A stretch of DNA of 64,000 nucleotides from Octopus sinensis (Eukaryota): the NCBI RefSeq assembly GCF_006345805.1, contig NC_043018.1, positions 5,952,001-6,016,000 on the forward strand, in the 5' to 3' direction. Numbering within the stretch: position 1 is the stretch's first letter; every line of letters begins with the position of its first letter. The notes below the pieces were generated by a model. The model saw nothing but the letters and a program-made list of their open reading frames with translations. It did not search any database and was not told the origin of the DNA. The position numbers were made by a program, and so were the translations under genes. Shown in pieces: positions 29,083 to 43,291 of this stretch.

Positions 29083-29184
29083 CTGGAGGCAAGAGTGAGG
29101 CGTATACTGTATGAAGTGTCTGTCGGCGTGAGAGAGCGAGACGGAATGAGTGATGAAGACAGACAGTTATACACAGCAACATAA
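29083..29184 (+). CDS. Candidate terminal coding exon LEARVRRILYEVSVGVRERDGMSDEDRQLYTAT*
   Basis: Strong acceptor TTTTTTTTCTTCAATCCAACTTCAG|, a protein-like 33-codon frame, and AATAAA at ~29304. No homology recognised. Confidence 0.3.
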   Translation: MEARVRRILYEVSVGVRERDGMSDEDRQLYTAT

Positions 29185-31724
29185 ACACACGCATAGACAT
29201 ACATATGCACACACAGGCCCAGACACATCACAGACTTGTAACCAAAAGTGCGTGTGATCATGTGTTGGCAACAATTGCCATATATGCAGTATATTGAACA
29301 TGGAATAAAGAATAAATGTTTTTAGTATAGAAATAACAGGACAAAAAAAAAAGAGCTCAAACATTTCAATAGAAAAACTTAATTTTTGTTAAAATACTCA
29401 CCGTCCTCATTTCGAAAGCAACAAAATATTTATTGAAATGTGCGCAGGCGTAGATGTGTGATGAGAAGCTTGCTTCCCAGCCATATGGTTTCGGGTTCAG
29501 TCCCACAGTGTGGCACCTGGGGCAAGTGTCGTCTGCTATAGCCTCGGGCCGACCAAAGCTTTGTGAGTGGACTTGGTAGGTGGAAACTGAAAGAAGCCTG
29601 TCGTGTGTGTGTGTGTGTGTATCCTAAAATTTGCGGTTCGACATAAGAGGCCGAATGAGTACTAGGCTTACAAAAAATATGGAAATGGGGTCGATTTCGT
29701 CGACTAAAACACTTCATGGCCGCAGTCAAATGATTGAAACTAGTAAAAGAATAAAAAAAATAAAAGAATACTCACATTGTTTTAAAGTTATATTCTGTTG
29801 GCATACGTATGAACTACATGTTTAATAACAATTATTTTGTGATCATCATTTTTATTGTTATTTAACGTAATTGTTATTTCTCTTTACAATCACAGAATTA
29901 TCTCTATATATTTAAACGGCAACATATCTGTGTGTGTATCCGTTATACAAATCCACATTTTTTCAGTTAGAGGGCTCACACTTTCTATGGTCATTCAAAA
30001 TCGTCCAAGGGTGGTCGTGCACATTTTTACATTTCCCCAATCACCCCGCAAAGCCATTAAAAAATCAACAGAAGTGACTTTTTTTGTGAATTTTCTATCC
30101 AAAACCCAATCAAAATGCCCGAAACTTGATACGCTAATTGAATGCCAGCTAGCTGTATTTGATTGGTTGGAGATTTGGACAGTACTCGCGTGTATGTGCG
30201 CACGCACGCAGCTGTATATGCATGCACTAGCACTATGACTCGGCGTTGCCGGGTCATAGTGCTAGTATAAGATAAATCATTTTGCGGAAATGTATAGAGT
30301 GTGAGGAATGCTTCTGGTTGGACCCCCCCAGGTTTCCTGTACTGGAATCGCCTGGCTAAAAGTTCATACGGTTACAGTGACACTACCGTACAACTTGTAA
30401 CTATGTTATGCCACCAACCAGCATGTTACATTGAGTGTTTAAGAACTTAAGGGTGCATAAAACATCCCCACAAACACTGAAAACAAGGTGAAGGTGATTC
30501 TCACTTCACTCTAGTCTTCAACTGCCTGGGTACGCACACATTCCCTAGCCTCTAATCACCGTGGAAGGTTGAAAGAGACTGAAGATATTTGATACCAAAA
30601 CCCCCAAGAAACGTTATTGATATTATGACGTCATAATCGCAAAACGGAAAAAATGTTTTTAGATAAGACGAAAGATGCTTAAATCTTACAAACACAAACA
30701 CACACACACAAACGTGCACACGCACACACACACAGACACGCACACACATATACCCATACACTCACATAAACACACACAAATACACACATATGTTGGTATC
30801 TCAGACAGAAACCTGTCCTGACGTTCCTTGAAAACTTCCAAGAAGAAATATTCGAAGCCAAATTTGTAGACTTTGTGATTTTCTATGTAAAATAGGAAAA
30901 AAAGGACAAGTAAGCGATGTTGACTGATGGGGCAGTTAACATCACTTTCACCCCTCATCTTATCATACGATTATTAATTTTTTTTTTGATGTTCTGTGTC
31001 CCCAATGTGTTGTAGTGTCCCCTTTCATGGTTAATAAAAAAAATCGAAAACTTCCATATCAACAGCATCTAGGTTTCTAAGGTTGCCTGGCAGGATGTTG
31101 AACAATTACGGACCCTTGAAACCCAGACTACTTTATATATACCAGCGTGTGTGTGTGTGTGTGTGTCGTCTTACTTGTTTCAGTCATAGACTGCGGCCAT
31201 GCTGGGGCACCACCTAGAAGGGTTTTAATCGAATAAATCGACTCAGTACTTTTACAAAGTTTGTTCTCTGTCGGTCTCTTTCGCCAAACCGCTAAGTTAT
31301 GGGTACGCAAACACACCAACATCGGTGTCAAGCGACGGTGGCGGAACAAACACAAATATATACACAGTCACACACACACACAGACACACACCACACACAC
31401 ACACATACGACAGACCTCGTTCAGTTTCTGTGTACCATATTCACTGACAAGGCTTTGGTCGGCTCGAGGCTATAGTAGAAGACACTTGCTCAAGGTACCA
31501 CACAGTGGAACTGAACCCAGGACCGTGTGATTGCGAAGCAACCTCCTTAATACACAGCCACGCCTCTGGTGGACTTCCTTCAGTTTCCATCAACCAAATC
31601 CACCCAGAAGGTGTTGCTTGACACGGGGCTATATTAGAAGACACATTCCCAAGGTCCTTTGCAGTGGAACTGAACTTGGAAATATGTAGTAGGCAAGCAA
31701 ACGCCTTACCATGCAACCACGCCA

Positions 31725-31805
<81 letters not shown>

Positions 31806-32194
31806 TTATATATATAAAACTGAGAATGTGTGTCTGTCTGTGTGTTTCCCTAAAACTTGAGAACTACACAACCAATTTCATTCAAATTTTACACATGCCT
31901 TACTTAGGGTCCGGGGAGTGTCATCGGCAAAAAGAATTTTGAACTTTTTGCCTAGGGCTTGCCCATAGTAATATCATATCTTCTCCACTATTTCAGTATT
32001 ACGTGTTAAAAGGGAAACAAAAATATTTCTCTATTTTATGTCAGATACTTTCATTTTAACAATAAAAATAATAATAACAATTGAATTATATGTAGTAAGT
32101 AATAATTAAAATCAAACTAAAGTATAATATAATAATTAAATCGTAACATAACAATTAAAAGTAAAAATAGCAATTGGTATAAAATTGCATCAAT

Positions 32195-33440
32195 GAACTT
32201 GAATAAGTGGTTTCCGTCGTTCCTTGCCCTGATTCGTGGTTGATCAAGTTGGAAAGACAGCTCTTCTACTTCTTGTGGAAGGGCGGGAAACCACTTGTGA
32301 AACGCTCTACTTGCTGTCAACAACCGTTAAAGGGTGGGCTAGGGATGCCTTGGCTGATGAAGCGCAGACATGCGCTGAGGTTAAGACATCTGTGGCTCTA
32401 CATGGATGGTGAACGGGTGTGGTCTCCGCTAGCAAAACTGATGTTTCCCAAGTTCACTAGTTTCGGTGGATGGGAAACCTGGCTGAATCGTAGATCGAAA
32501 CTAGGCACATGGTACACAGAGTGTCGCAAGGCTCTCCTGCTATTCCGTCGCTCGAGCAACGCCTGCGGTGGGGGTTCCACCACATTCTTCTATAGAGGGT
32601 TGGTAGAGGCGGAATGTGAAGATACCTTGGGGGAAACCCTAGGTCTCGACGATAATCAGCTGGCCAGTCTGTTCCGACGTACGTTCGAGCCGAAGACACT
32701 GGACAACTTCCAGAAGTCTCTGGCATGGCAATGCTACAGAGGAGCTCTACCTGTTCGGGATAAACTCGCAAGGCACGGTGGCCAAGACAGTCCGACATGT
32801 CCAAGATGCGAGCGGGATAGGGAAACCGTCCCGCACGCTATTGTTCATTGTTCAGGCGTGTCTGAGGTGTGGGTTTATGCCGAACAGCTGTTGTCAAGCA
32901 CACGAAGAGTACAGCTGTCGACTGAGTCTATTACAAAAATTGACCCACCAGATTTCCTCGCGAAAGAAGTTAAGAATTGTTTTCTCGTTGTAGTAGCAAT
33001 TGCGAAAGAGGTGATATGGAAGACGAGAATGAAAGGTTTACAGTCAGGCAAGTTCATCTCCGGCCCTGGTTTGATGAATTATTTCATCTTTCACCTGAAA
33101 AGGAAGATAGGGCTGGAGAGAATATGCCTGACTAAGAGAGTGTATGAAGAACGATGGAAAGATGTAGCACGAAAGTTGCGAGTGGATGATACCACATAAA
33201 TGTAAAACTAAACGAAACCAAAGTATCAGTGGGGAGGCGGGGCTCGTGGGGTCCGAGCTAAACCCGCTCCCACTCCATCCGTAATGTCTTCCGGTCTGTT
33301 CTCCATTCGATTTTTTTCTATTTTGTAATTTTTTGTAAATTTTTAAAATTCGCTTTTTTGTAAAACCCATTCGTGTATCTGACCCCACATCAGATTGTAT
33401 TGTCCCCTCTACGTTCGCCCCTTGTGGGTAATAATAAAAC
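32195..33440 (+). mobile_element. 5'-truncated Tx1/L1-clade LINE (post-RT region, zf-RVT zinc knuckle, 3' UTR)
   Basis: Uninterrupted 330-aa ORF 32207-33199 with FLWKGGKPLV...GGLG and AWQCYRGALPVRDKL...CPRC...ETVPHAIVHC. The 3' UTR ends GTAATAATAAAA at ~33439. Confidence 0.9.
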
Positions 33441-33752
33441 ACATGGAGGAAAGCACCTTCGAAAAGTGTCTTGCTGTGACTATGAAAAGTATCTAATCAG
33501 AGGCGGTAAATTCGCCACAAAAGAAGCAAGGTTCGAGTCAACGGAGCGTGCAAGGCGACGAGCATTAATGCGTCTGCCGCTACGCTCTGAGTTCAAATTC
33601 TGCCGAAGTCAACTTTGCCTTTCATCCTTTCAAGGTCGATAAAATAAGTACCAATTATGCACTGGAGTCAATGTAAGTGACTGGCCCCCTCCCCAAATAT
33701 TCCAGGCCTTGTGCCTTTAGTAGAAAGAATCATCATCATCATCATCATCATC

Positions 33753-33797
<45 letters not shown>

Positions 33798-34352
33798 GAG
33801 TGAGAGATCAGTGCATGCGATCAAAGTAACGCTGGGGTAAAATATACGAAGCCCAGTATACCCATCATGACTACCGTCTGATAAGGGTACACCAGGCACA
33901 TGCATCACAACCATATGTGCACGACTTGGTGATCTCATATCAAGATAAACAGCACATGGCCTTGCAGGTGGGACCCAGTCAGAATTTTCTTCTGGTTGAG
34001 TAACCCATCCGCTCAAAAGGTCCCTGAATAAAGGTTGTTTAAGGATGTTGAACGAAACACCCATGTTTCCAGACGTGAATTATTCAAACCCCAAAGAATC
34101 CCTCTCAACACATGGCTAAGGTGCTCCCCCACTACTTCTGCTCGTGATCAGAGATGCACATATCGTCAGCCACTAAGGGACATGCTCAACTGGTTAAGGT
34201 CAAACAACTGACAAGCAAATCTGTGGTATTGAGCAGAATATTTGCTGTAGCCCATCTTTTATAACAAGACAAAACTATGTACATGATAACACTTCCAATC
34301 AGTTAAGATCAGCAGCCACGAGAACCACTGCCTGGTACTGCATCAGGGCATT
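33798..34352. mobile_element. ~555 bp non-coding interspersed element embedded in (ATT/TAA)n
   Basis: Complex sequence bounded on both sides by (ATT)n tracts (33752-33797 and 34353-34410). No TIR or ORF. Confidence 0.55.
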
Positions 34353-34544
34353 TATTATTATTATTATCATTATTATTATTATTATTATTATTATCATTAT
34401 TATTATTATTAAGACGGCGAGCTGGCGCGTAGCCGTATTTAGTCTGCCGTTACGTTCTGAGTTCAAATTCCGCCGAGGTCGACTTTGCCTTTCATCCTTT
34501 CGGGGTCGATTAAATAAGTACCAGTTACGCACTGGGATCGATAT

Positions 34545-35190
34545 AACGGAAGAGGAGGAAGTACCAAAAGAATGGGAAGACGGCAGAAGAAGGAGGAAAA
34601 GTGAATCGTGCTGAACCCCAATCCACCCCAACACCACCCGCACCCTCTGAGACCCACCCTTTCCCTGCAGACAGTGAACCCACCCGCTCCCCACCAACAA
34701 GAAAACAAAAAAAGAAGCAAACAGACAAGATAACTCTAAAAATCCTAGGCCCCATATTCTTGGTGTTTGGGACCATGAAGAAGTAGGGGAAATAATAAAA
34801 GACTGGGGGAAAGTAAAACGGAATGACTGTGAGAACAGGGTGGGGGTAATTTAATGCGGTAATTCCGGAAGACCTTGTAAAGGAACTTGGGGAAGAATGT
34901 GCAAGGAGAAGCTATAAACTGGTTAGATATAAAATTGAAGAGGGAAGACTGTCTGAAATGGAAAGGAAATTTAATTCTAAACTGGAGGACTATATGCATT
35001 TCGTTCCGGTTTAAGGAGGAAGGACAGGAAGTGATGCTAGCGGATGGGGCCGTTAGCATCACTTTCATCTCTCATTTTCACCCTTTCTCGCATACGATAA
35101 TTTTAAAAAATTATTTTTTTTGATGTTTTGTGTCCCCAATATGTTGTAGTGTCCCCTCTATGTAAGACCTTTTATGGTTAATAAAACATC
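34545..35190 (+). mobile_element. Decayed retroelement ORF with a Tx1-like 3' terminus
   Basis: Interrupted frame KITLKILGPIFLVFGTMKK*GKIIKDWGKV...AVIPEDLVKELGEEC...FVPV*. It ends in TGTCCCC...GGTTAATAAAA, which also occurs at ~30925-31040 and resembles 33401-33440. Confidence 0.4.
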
Positions 35191-35359
35191 ATCGACTTAA
35201 TCCGTTTGTCTGTCCTTGTTTGTCCTCTCTCTCTCTCTGTTTAGCCCCTTATGGGCAATAAAGAAATATTACGGGGGGGATTATCAAGAAGAGTTCTGTA
35301 CCTTGAAACGAAGTTGTCTGTCCTTGCATCAAGAATTACTTCCCCTTCGGTATTCTAAA

Positions 35360-35501
35360 ATGGCTGACAGTTCGTCGGACGAGGGAAACGCAACGGCAGG
35401 AATGACTCGATACGACGAATTACCTGAATGGAGCGACATTTCACCAGTACCTCAGGACGATGGACCATACCCGGTTGTAAGGATCGCATATACAGATCAG
35501 T
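35360..35501 (+). CDS. FNTA: FNTA exon 1
   Basis: MADSSSDEG...VVRIAYTDQ plus T; donor GTAAGT at 35502. Confidence 0.92.
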
Positions 35502-38500
35502 GTAAGTTGGCTTGACACCAATCAATGTCTTTCCGCCCTCTTCTCTTCGTTTGTCTGTTGAATGCGACTTCAACTTGTTTCGTTCGTAAATTGGAAACTT
35601 TTTTGTCTTTTCCGTTTTTCTTTGCTTCCCCCCCCCCTTCCATACAAATCAGATTACAAAAGTAAATACGGTACTACTATAGCGAACAGTGGTCCCGGTT
35701 GTTCGCACACGCCTAGTCGCGCATCCGCGCTAGCTAGTCGTGACTAGTCGATCCTACAACGACTACCTAGCAAAGTGAATAAAACACAAAATAAATTATT
35801 TTTTTTTACACAAAGTAAATAATTTTTGTTAAACAAAGTAAATAAAACACAAAGGATCGACTCGTCATGACTAGCTGGCGCGTGTGCGCGCACCAGGACT
35901 ACTGTTCGCTAGTAGTACCAGTAAATACTACACACACACATACGTATACTCGCCGATTACATTTTCCTGTTATACATACGTTTACATTGTAGATTATATG
36001 GTAATCTTTCGCTTTAGGTATAAGAAAAAAGTTGCCGCATAAAAACAAGCATCCTCTAAAACTTTGGAGTAGTAATAACCAATGGTCACTCCCTGACCGA
36101 TCATAAACAACAACTTTTCTGTTAATAAATAATTTATATATATATGTATGTATATAAACACATACATTCACACATTCACGCACACGCGTGCGCAGATTAT
36201 AGAAGATATATATTTCTTTACTACCCACAAGGGGCTAAACACAGAGGGGACAAACAAGGACAGACAAAGGGATTAAGTACTTAATTTATCGACCCCGGAA
36301 CCTAGCTAACATATTTCCGGCCAACGATTTTTTGGCGCCGCTTAAAAGAGTTAGACCCACAACGGAATACTGTTCCTGCTTCTGGGATGGGTGTTGTTGC
36401 AGTTAGTTCTACATAGAAACATTCTTGTCTTTTAGTCTTCTTGTTTTACATATGTCAGGCAGAGAAAGAGAGAGAGTGAGTATATGCTTGTGTTGTAGAC
36501 ATTGATGGAAGTGCTATTTGATTTGGTTTACAAGGTCGCGTTGTACCCACGTGGTCCTTGGTAACGGTCTTTTTCCTCTGCCTGATTGTGAAGACTCAGT
36601 GTTCCGCAAGATAAGTCGACTCAAATGAATCTGTGGTTGGCCCGTTGGAATTCTGTAACAGGTGTGTTTCTGCACTGAATAGGGGTGGGTAAGGATACTG
36701 TTGTAAGGATGTTGTAGTAGTGTTCTGAGGTATTATCATTTGTTTTGCCCACTTATGCATTCCTTTCCTTCTTGGGACACAAAACTTCACTTGTGAAGAC
36801 CTGTTGAGGCAAGTGAAAATCAAAATCGTAATTGATCAACATCAATGGAATTTGTAGCTGTGATACCAGTGCCGGTGGCACGTAAGAGAACCATCCGAAT
36901 GTGTCCATAGCCAGCCCCGCCCTGACTGGCCTCCGTGCCGGTGGCACGTAAAAAGCACCCACTACACTCACGGAGTGGTTGGCGTTAGGAAGGGCATCCA
37001 GCTGTAGAAACATTGCCAGATCAGACTGGGCCTGGTGCAGCCTTCTGGCTTCCCAGACCCCTGTTGAACCGTCCAACCCATGCTAGCATGGAAAGCGGAC
37101 GTTAAACGATGATGATGATTGGACTGCAGTCCGGAATTTTCATCAAAGGGGTCTACATCAATCTGACCAATCCCAGGGAAACCAGCAGCCAGTCTCTTAA
37201 TATACTTACTGTGTGTTTGTTTATCTTTATGTTTGTCCCCTCACACACAACTTGTTCATTTACATTCCTGTAACTTAACGGTTTGGCAAAAGAGACTGAT
37301 AGAATAAAGACCGGACTTTAATAAATCATTAAATTTATTCAACCTAAACCTTTCAATACGGTGTTCCAGCATGGCCACAGTCCAATGACTGAAACAAGTA
37401 AAGGATAAATAAAACCAACATGCACACACACAACACACACACATTTAAGTATTAACCCTTTCGTTACTGTATTTATTTTGAGATGCACCGTATTTCTTTC
37501 AATTACTTTAAATATAACAAAGAATTTAGTACAATAACTCAGTTATCATGAAGCTAGTGATAGGAACATAAATTGCGACTAAGGTTTGGTTGAAGATTTT
37601 AATTCAAAACAAGACATTTGTAATCAGAGCCAGAGCCGTTACTGTATTTATTTTGAGATGCACCGTATTTCTTTCAATTACTTTAAATATAACAAAGAAT
37701 TTAGTACAATAACTCAGTTATCATGAAGCTAGTGATAGGAACATAAATTGCGACTAAGGTTTGGTTGAAGATTTTAATTCAAAACAAGACATTTGTAATC
37801 AGAGCCAGAGCCGGTTTCAGCCAGGTTGGTAACGTAAGGGTTAAACTATTCTTCAGTTACCCACTTCTAAATAGATTTGGTACAGTAATGAATATTTTCT
37901 TTTTTTTTAATCAAATGGAATGAATGGCGGTGCCCCGGCATGCCACAGCTCGTGAGCTGAAACTAGATAAAATGAAAATGAATGAAATGAAATAACTAGA
38001 AAAGAAAAAAAAAAAAAAAAGGGGATTTGCAGATCATAACCTGCTCCATCAGTGCACCAGCCTAGGATTGAACTTTGCCTCCACATACTCATACATACAT
38101 ATATAAGTTATGGTATATTCTGTTTAGAATCTAGTAGAGAACAGTACACAGATGATATCTGGAGATGGTGTGGGCCCTTTGGTGCGATTACATGAATAGG
38201 TAAATGCAGGAGTTTATAAACAACTTGTAAAAGATCATGTCTTGCCTGTGCTGAGAAATTCAACTAAGCGACCACCCATATTCATGCAGGACAATGCCCC
38301 ATGTCACAAGGCTAAGGTGGTCATGAACTTCCTCAAGGCTGAAAAGGTTATTGTTATGGATTGACCTGCTCAAAGCCCAGATCTCAATCCTATTGAAAAT
38401 GTATGGAATATTCTAGGAGAACGTTCGAAAGCCAGAAATCCTAAAACAACTGAGCAATTATGGAATGCCCTTCAGGAAGAATGGAATAAGATCACCCAGC

Positions 38501-40333
38501 AAGAAATTGAAAAGTTAATTTCCTCATGCAGTCGAAGATGTCAGTGTGTGATTGAAGCTAAAGGGCTTCACACTAAATATTAAATAATTCCAGTATTCTC
38601 TGTCATTTTTTATTATTTTGTTATTTTTTCAATCGTTCTGATCATTTTGGCCGCCATGGGTTTTGCAGTAAATCACTAAATCATCTATAACTTTTGTATT
38701 ATCCTCTCAAATTACACCAAAATCTCAGACAATAACAATTTATATTGTATTTATTGTCTGTAAAAATTATAGAATATAAAACAACTTTGATAAAAACTTA
38801 TACCTACTTTTCTGACGAAAACAATGCCGTTCTGAACATTTTGGCCGCAACTGTATATGTATATGTATGTGTCTGTATATGTTTGTGTGTCTGTGTTTGT
38901 CCCCCTAGCATTGCTTGACAACCGATGCTAGTGTGTTTACGTCGCCGTCACTTAGCGGTTCGGCAAAAGAGACCGATACAATAAGTACTGGGCTTACAAA
39001 GAATAAGTCCCAGGGTCAATTTGCTCAACTAAAGGCAGTGCTCCAGCATGGCCGCAGTCAAATAACTGAAACAAGTAAAAGAGTAAACCCAATCTGTTTC
39101 TTAAACGAGGGACATATTCATATAGCACAGAATCTTGTTTACCTCAATGGATGTCAGTGATTGGTTGAAATTGCAGAATATGAAGAAAAAAAACAACAAA
39201 TATCTTACAAACTATAGAATTTTCTCAATAAAGCCAAGAGAAAAAGATGTTTTATAAACACATTCTACCACTCTTCCAGTACTGTTCTGACCTTGTCTAC
39301 AGAATTCATATTTTTTTCCGTCCAAATTATTTTGAAAACTGCAGAATAAAGGATAATCAGATGGGGCAATATCTGGCAAATGTGATCAGTTGGTGCTTCT
39401 TACATGCCACTGGCACAGAAGCCAGTCAAGGCGGCGCTGGCATCAGCCACGTTCAGATGGTGCTTTTTACGTGCTACCGGCATAGGTATCACAACTACAA
39501 TTTCCATTTGATATTTATTTTCATGTTGATGTGCTTAACTCAATAGGTCTCCTCAAGCACAGAAGCCAGTCGACACAGGTATCATAACTACTATTTCCAT
39601 TTGATATTTATTTATTTATATTATTAATATAGTTATCCTACATTATATTAGCACACCTCAGTGCAAGCAGCCACCATGACCACCACCTGCTATTGCCAGT
39701 TGGTATAAATAATTTGAGCCGGCATAATAAAATAGCTTTTATATGCATATTCAAAAATGTTTCCGGTAAACAAACTTAAAGGATATATATATGTATGTGT
39801 GTGTGTGGTATTGATCCTCCTGAGTCTGTGTTCATGCTAAAAGACCCCGCCAAGCTGCCTTGTAATGAGATTGAACTCAGAATCACATTGTTGCAAAACA
39901 GACTTCTTTTAACCATACCCCACACCCTTCTCTGAGCCCTTTCTTACCACATTATCTGACATCAAAGTACTTTTGTCTCATTTTCCAGTCCAACTCGTGT
40001 TCGACTATTTTCGAGCCATTGTAGCCAAAGATGAAAGAAGTGAAAGAGCGCTGAAACTGACCAAGGATGCGATCGAGATGAACGCTGCCAATTACACTGT
40101 TTGGTGAGTTAACACGTTTATGTAATCAAACATGCAGTCCTTTTTCTTTTCTATTTATTTATGGCGCAGGAGTGGCTGTGTAGTAAGTAGCTTGCTTACC
40201 AACCACATGGTTCCAGGTTCAGTCCCACTGCGTGGCACCTTGGGCAAGTGCCTTCTACTAGAGCCTCGGGCCAACCAAAGTCTTGTGAGTGGATTTGGTA
40301 GACGGAAACTGAAAGAAGCCCGTCGTATATATG

Positions 40334-40370
<37 letters not shown>

Positions 40371-40755
40371 TTGTGTGTCTGTGTTTGTCCCCCTAGCATT
40401 GCTTGACAACTGATGCTGGTGTGTTTATGTCCCCGTCACTTAGCAGTTCGGCAAAAAGAGACCGATAGAATAAGTACTGGGCTTACAAAGAATAAGTCCT
40501 GGGGTCGAGTTGCTCGATTAAAAGGCGGTGCTCCAGCATGGCCGCAGTCAAATGACTGGAGTAAAGAGTAAGAGTATTGATATGTAACCCCTTGATCAAC
40601 CCTGATCAAGTTGATCTGTGACCAGGAGCATTCCAGTTATGGCCACCTAAAATTTTTGAGCATGTGTAGGCAGAGTCATGGCTGTGAGGTCCCTCCCATT
40701 GCATGACACTTCACACAAGTGTCTTCCACTATGGCCCTGATTTGACCGTGCCTGT

Positions 40756-40787
<32 letters not shown>

Positions 40788-42300
40788 TTAACCCTTTCGT
40801 TACTGTATTTATTTTGAGATGCTCTGTGTTTCTTTCAATTATTTTAGATATAACAAAGAATTTATCAAAATAACTTAGTTATCATTCAGCTAGTGTTAGG
40901 AACATAAATTATGTCTAAGGTTTGGTGGAGGATCTTAATTCAGAACTTATGAAAACAAGACATTTGTACTCAGAGCCAGAGCCAGTTTCAGCCGGGTTGG
41001 TAATGAAAGGGTTAAGATACACTTTCCCTGCTGGCATAGTTTGGATGTCTTTACAGGAACTGGTATGGCTTGGAGCCACATCATGCTCCATTGGTTTTGC
41101 CATGGTTTTTACACCTGGATGCCCTTCTTAATGCCAACCACTTTATAGATCATACTGAGTGCTTTTTACATGGCACCAGCACAACCCATCATGTGTGTGT
41201 TTGTTCCCCACCTCTGCTTGACAGCTGGGGTTGCTTTGTTTATGTCCCAATAAGTTAGCAGATCAGTTGAAGAGGTCAATAGAATAAGCATCAGAATTAA
41301 AAACACATACTTCCGTGTCAGTGACATGTAAAAACTACCAACTGATCGTGACCATTGCCAGCCTCCCCTGGCACCTGTGCCAGTGGCACGTAAAAGGTAC
41401 CATCCGTACGTGGTCGATGCCAGCGCCACCTTGACTGGCTTCCGTGCTGGTGGCACGTAAAAAGCACCAGCCAATCGTGGCCGTTGCCAGCCTCCCTTGG
41501 CATCTGTGTCGGTGGCATGTAAAAAGCACCCACTACACTCAGAGTGGTTGGCATTAAGAAGGGCATCCAGCTGTAGAAACACTGCCAGATCAGACTGGAG
41601 CCTGGTGCAGCCTCCTGGCTTCCCAGACCCCGGTTCAACCATCCAACCCTTGCTAGCATGGAAAATGGACGTTAAACGATGAGGAGGAGGAGGAGGATGA
41701 TACTGAGGTGGATTTATTTGATTAAGACTTTCAAGGCAGTGCTCCAGCATGGCCACAGTCCAATGACTGAAACTAGTAAAACATAAGAGGTGTGTGTGTG
41801 TGTTTCTTAACAACATGTGATGTAAAAGAGCATCCCTGTCATACAAGCAGTGTTGTTTGTTTCCAGTCTTCCATGAAAGAGATCTCTGGACATAAGAAAA
41901 TATTACCTTGCTTGGACACCAGTGAGGGTTGGTGACATTCTGAGTTCAAATTCAACTGAGGTCAGGTTTGCCTTTTATCCTTTCGGGGTTAATAAGTGAA
42001 GTACTGACTGCATACTGGAGTTGACCTAATCAACTGGCCCTCACCTCCCCCAAAATTCCAGGCCTTGTGCCTATAGTAGAAAGGATTATTATTTTTTTTT
42101 AATTTTATTGTTTTTTTATTCACCAGGCATTATCGTAGGCTTCTACTGAAAGACTTGGACTGTGATTTGAAAACTGAACTAGAATATGTGTCTGAGATAA
42201 TTGGGGAACATCCCAAAAATTATCAAGTATGGTGAGTTGCTTTTTAAAAATATCTTTTATTTTACATAATTTTATTTGCATATATATGTGTATGTATACG

Positions 42301-42333
<33 letters not shown>

Positions 42334-42400
42334 TATATATATATAACCCAAGCCAGCATGGAAAGCGGACGTTAAACGATGATGATGATGATGATATATA

Positions 42401-42442
<42 letters not shown>

Positions 42443-43254
42443 GAAAATGGAGGAACAAAATCCTTTCAATCATCAACTTACAGATAATACCAATTCATAT
42501 TATTTATTAACTACTATGATTCAATACATCTGACTAATATAGGCACAATGAGATACCTTTATCTACAGGCTGAAACAGCTGTAAGATCCATTTTATATGT
42601 ATTATTTTTATGGTATTATCTTACTTATTGATGTATATTGTTTTATTCTGTTGGATTTGGATGTTCCTATTTAATTAGTTAATAAATTATATGAATTGGT
42701 ATTATCTGTAAGTTGATGATTGAAAGGAATCTGTTCCTCCATTTTATTTGTATTATGATTTTGAGGTAAAATATTTTACCTTCGCCCATCTAATACAATA
42801 AATGAACTAATTGCATTGCAATTATAAGCATTTATGTATTAGCCTTTTGGGTACTTCACTAGCAGTATATTGGCTAACTGATATCCCATAGTGGGCTACA
42901 CTCATAACCCCTGAGTTGGTGCCTTCTAGTATCTCAAAATTCAATATATAATCATTTATGATTATAGTATTCTACGCTGAAGAGAAAAGAAGTTTTGGTG
43001 AGATAGAATTATTTAATATTTAATTCTTATGCTTTCCTAAAAACTTGATTTCGAAACGTACGTCCGTAGATAACTTAAAATTGTATGATAGATTGCCGTC
43101 AATTCATTCTCTCTTACCTGTTTGTGTCTGCCTTCCAATTGCTGTTTTTACTGAGATCTCCTTTTTAGTAGAAGAAATAGCTATAACCTTTTGACTGCTA
43201 TTTCTAAATTCGGTATGTGGTAAGGCAATTCGTTGCTAAACCCTTTATTGCTTA

Positions 43255-43291
<37 letters not shown>

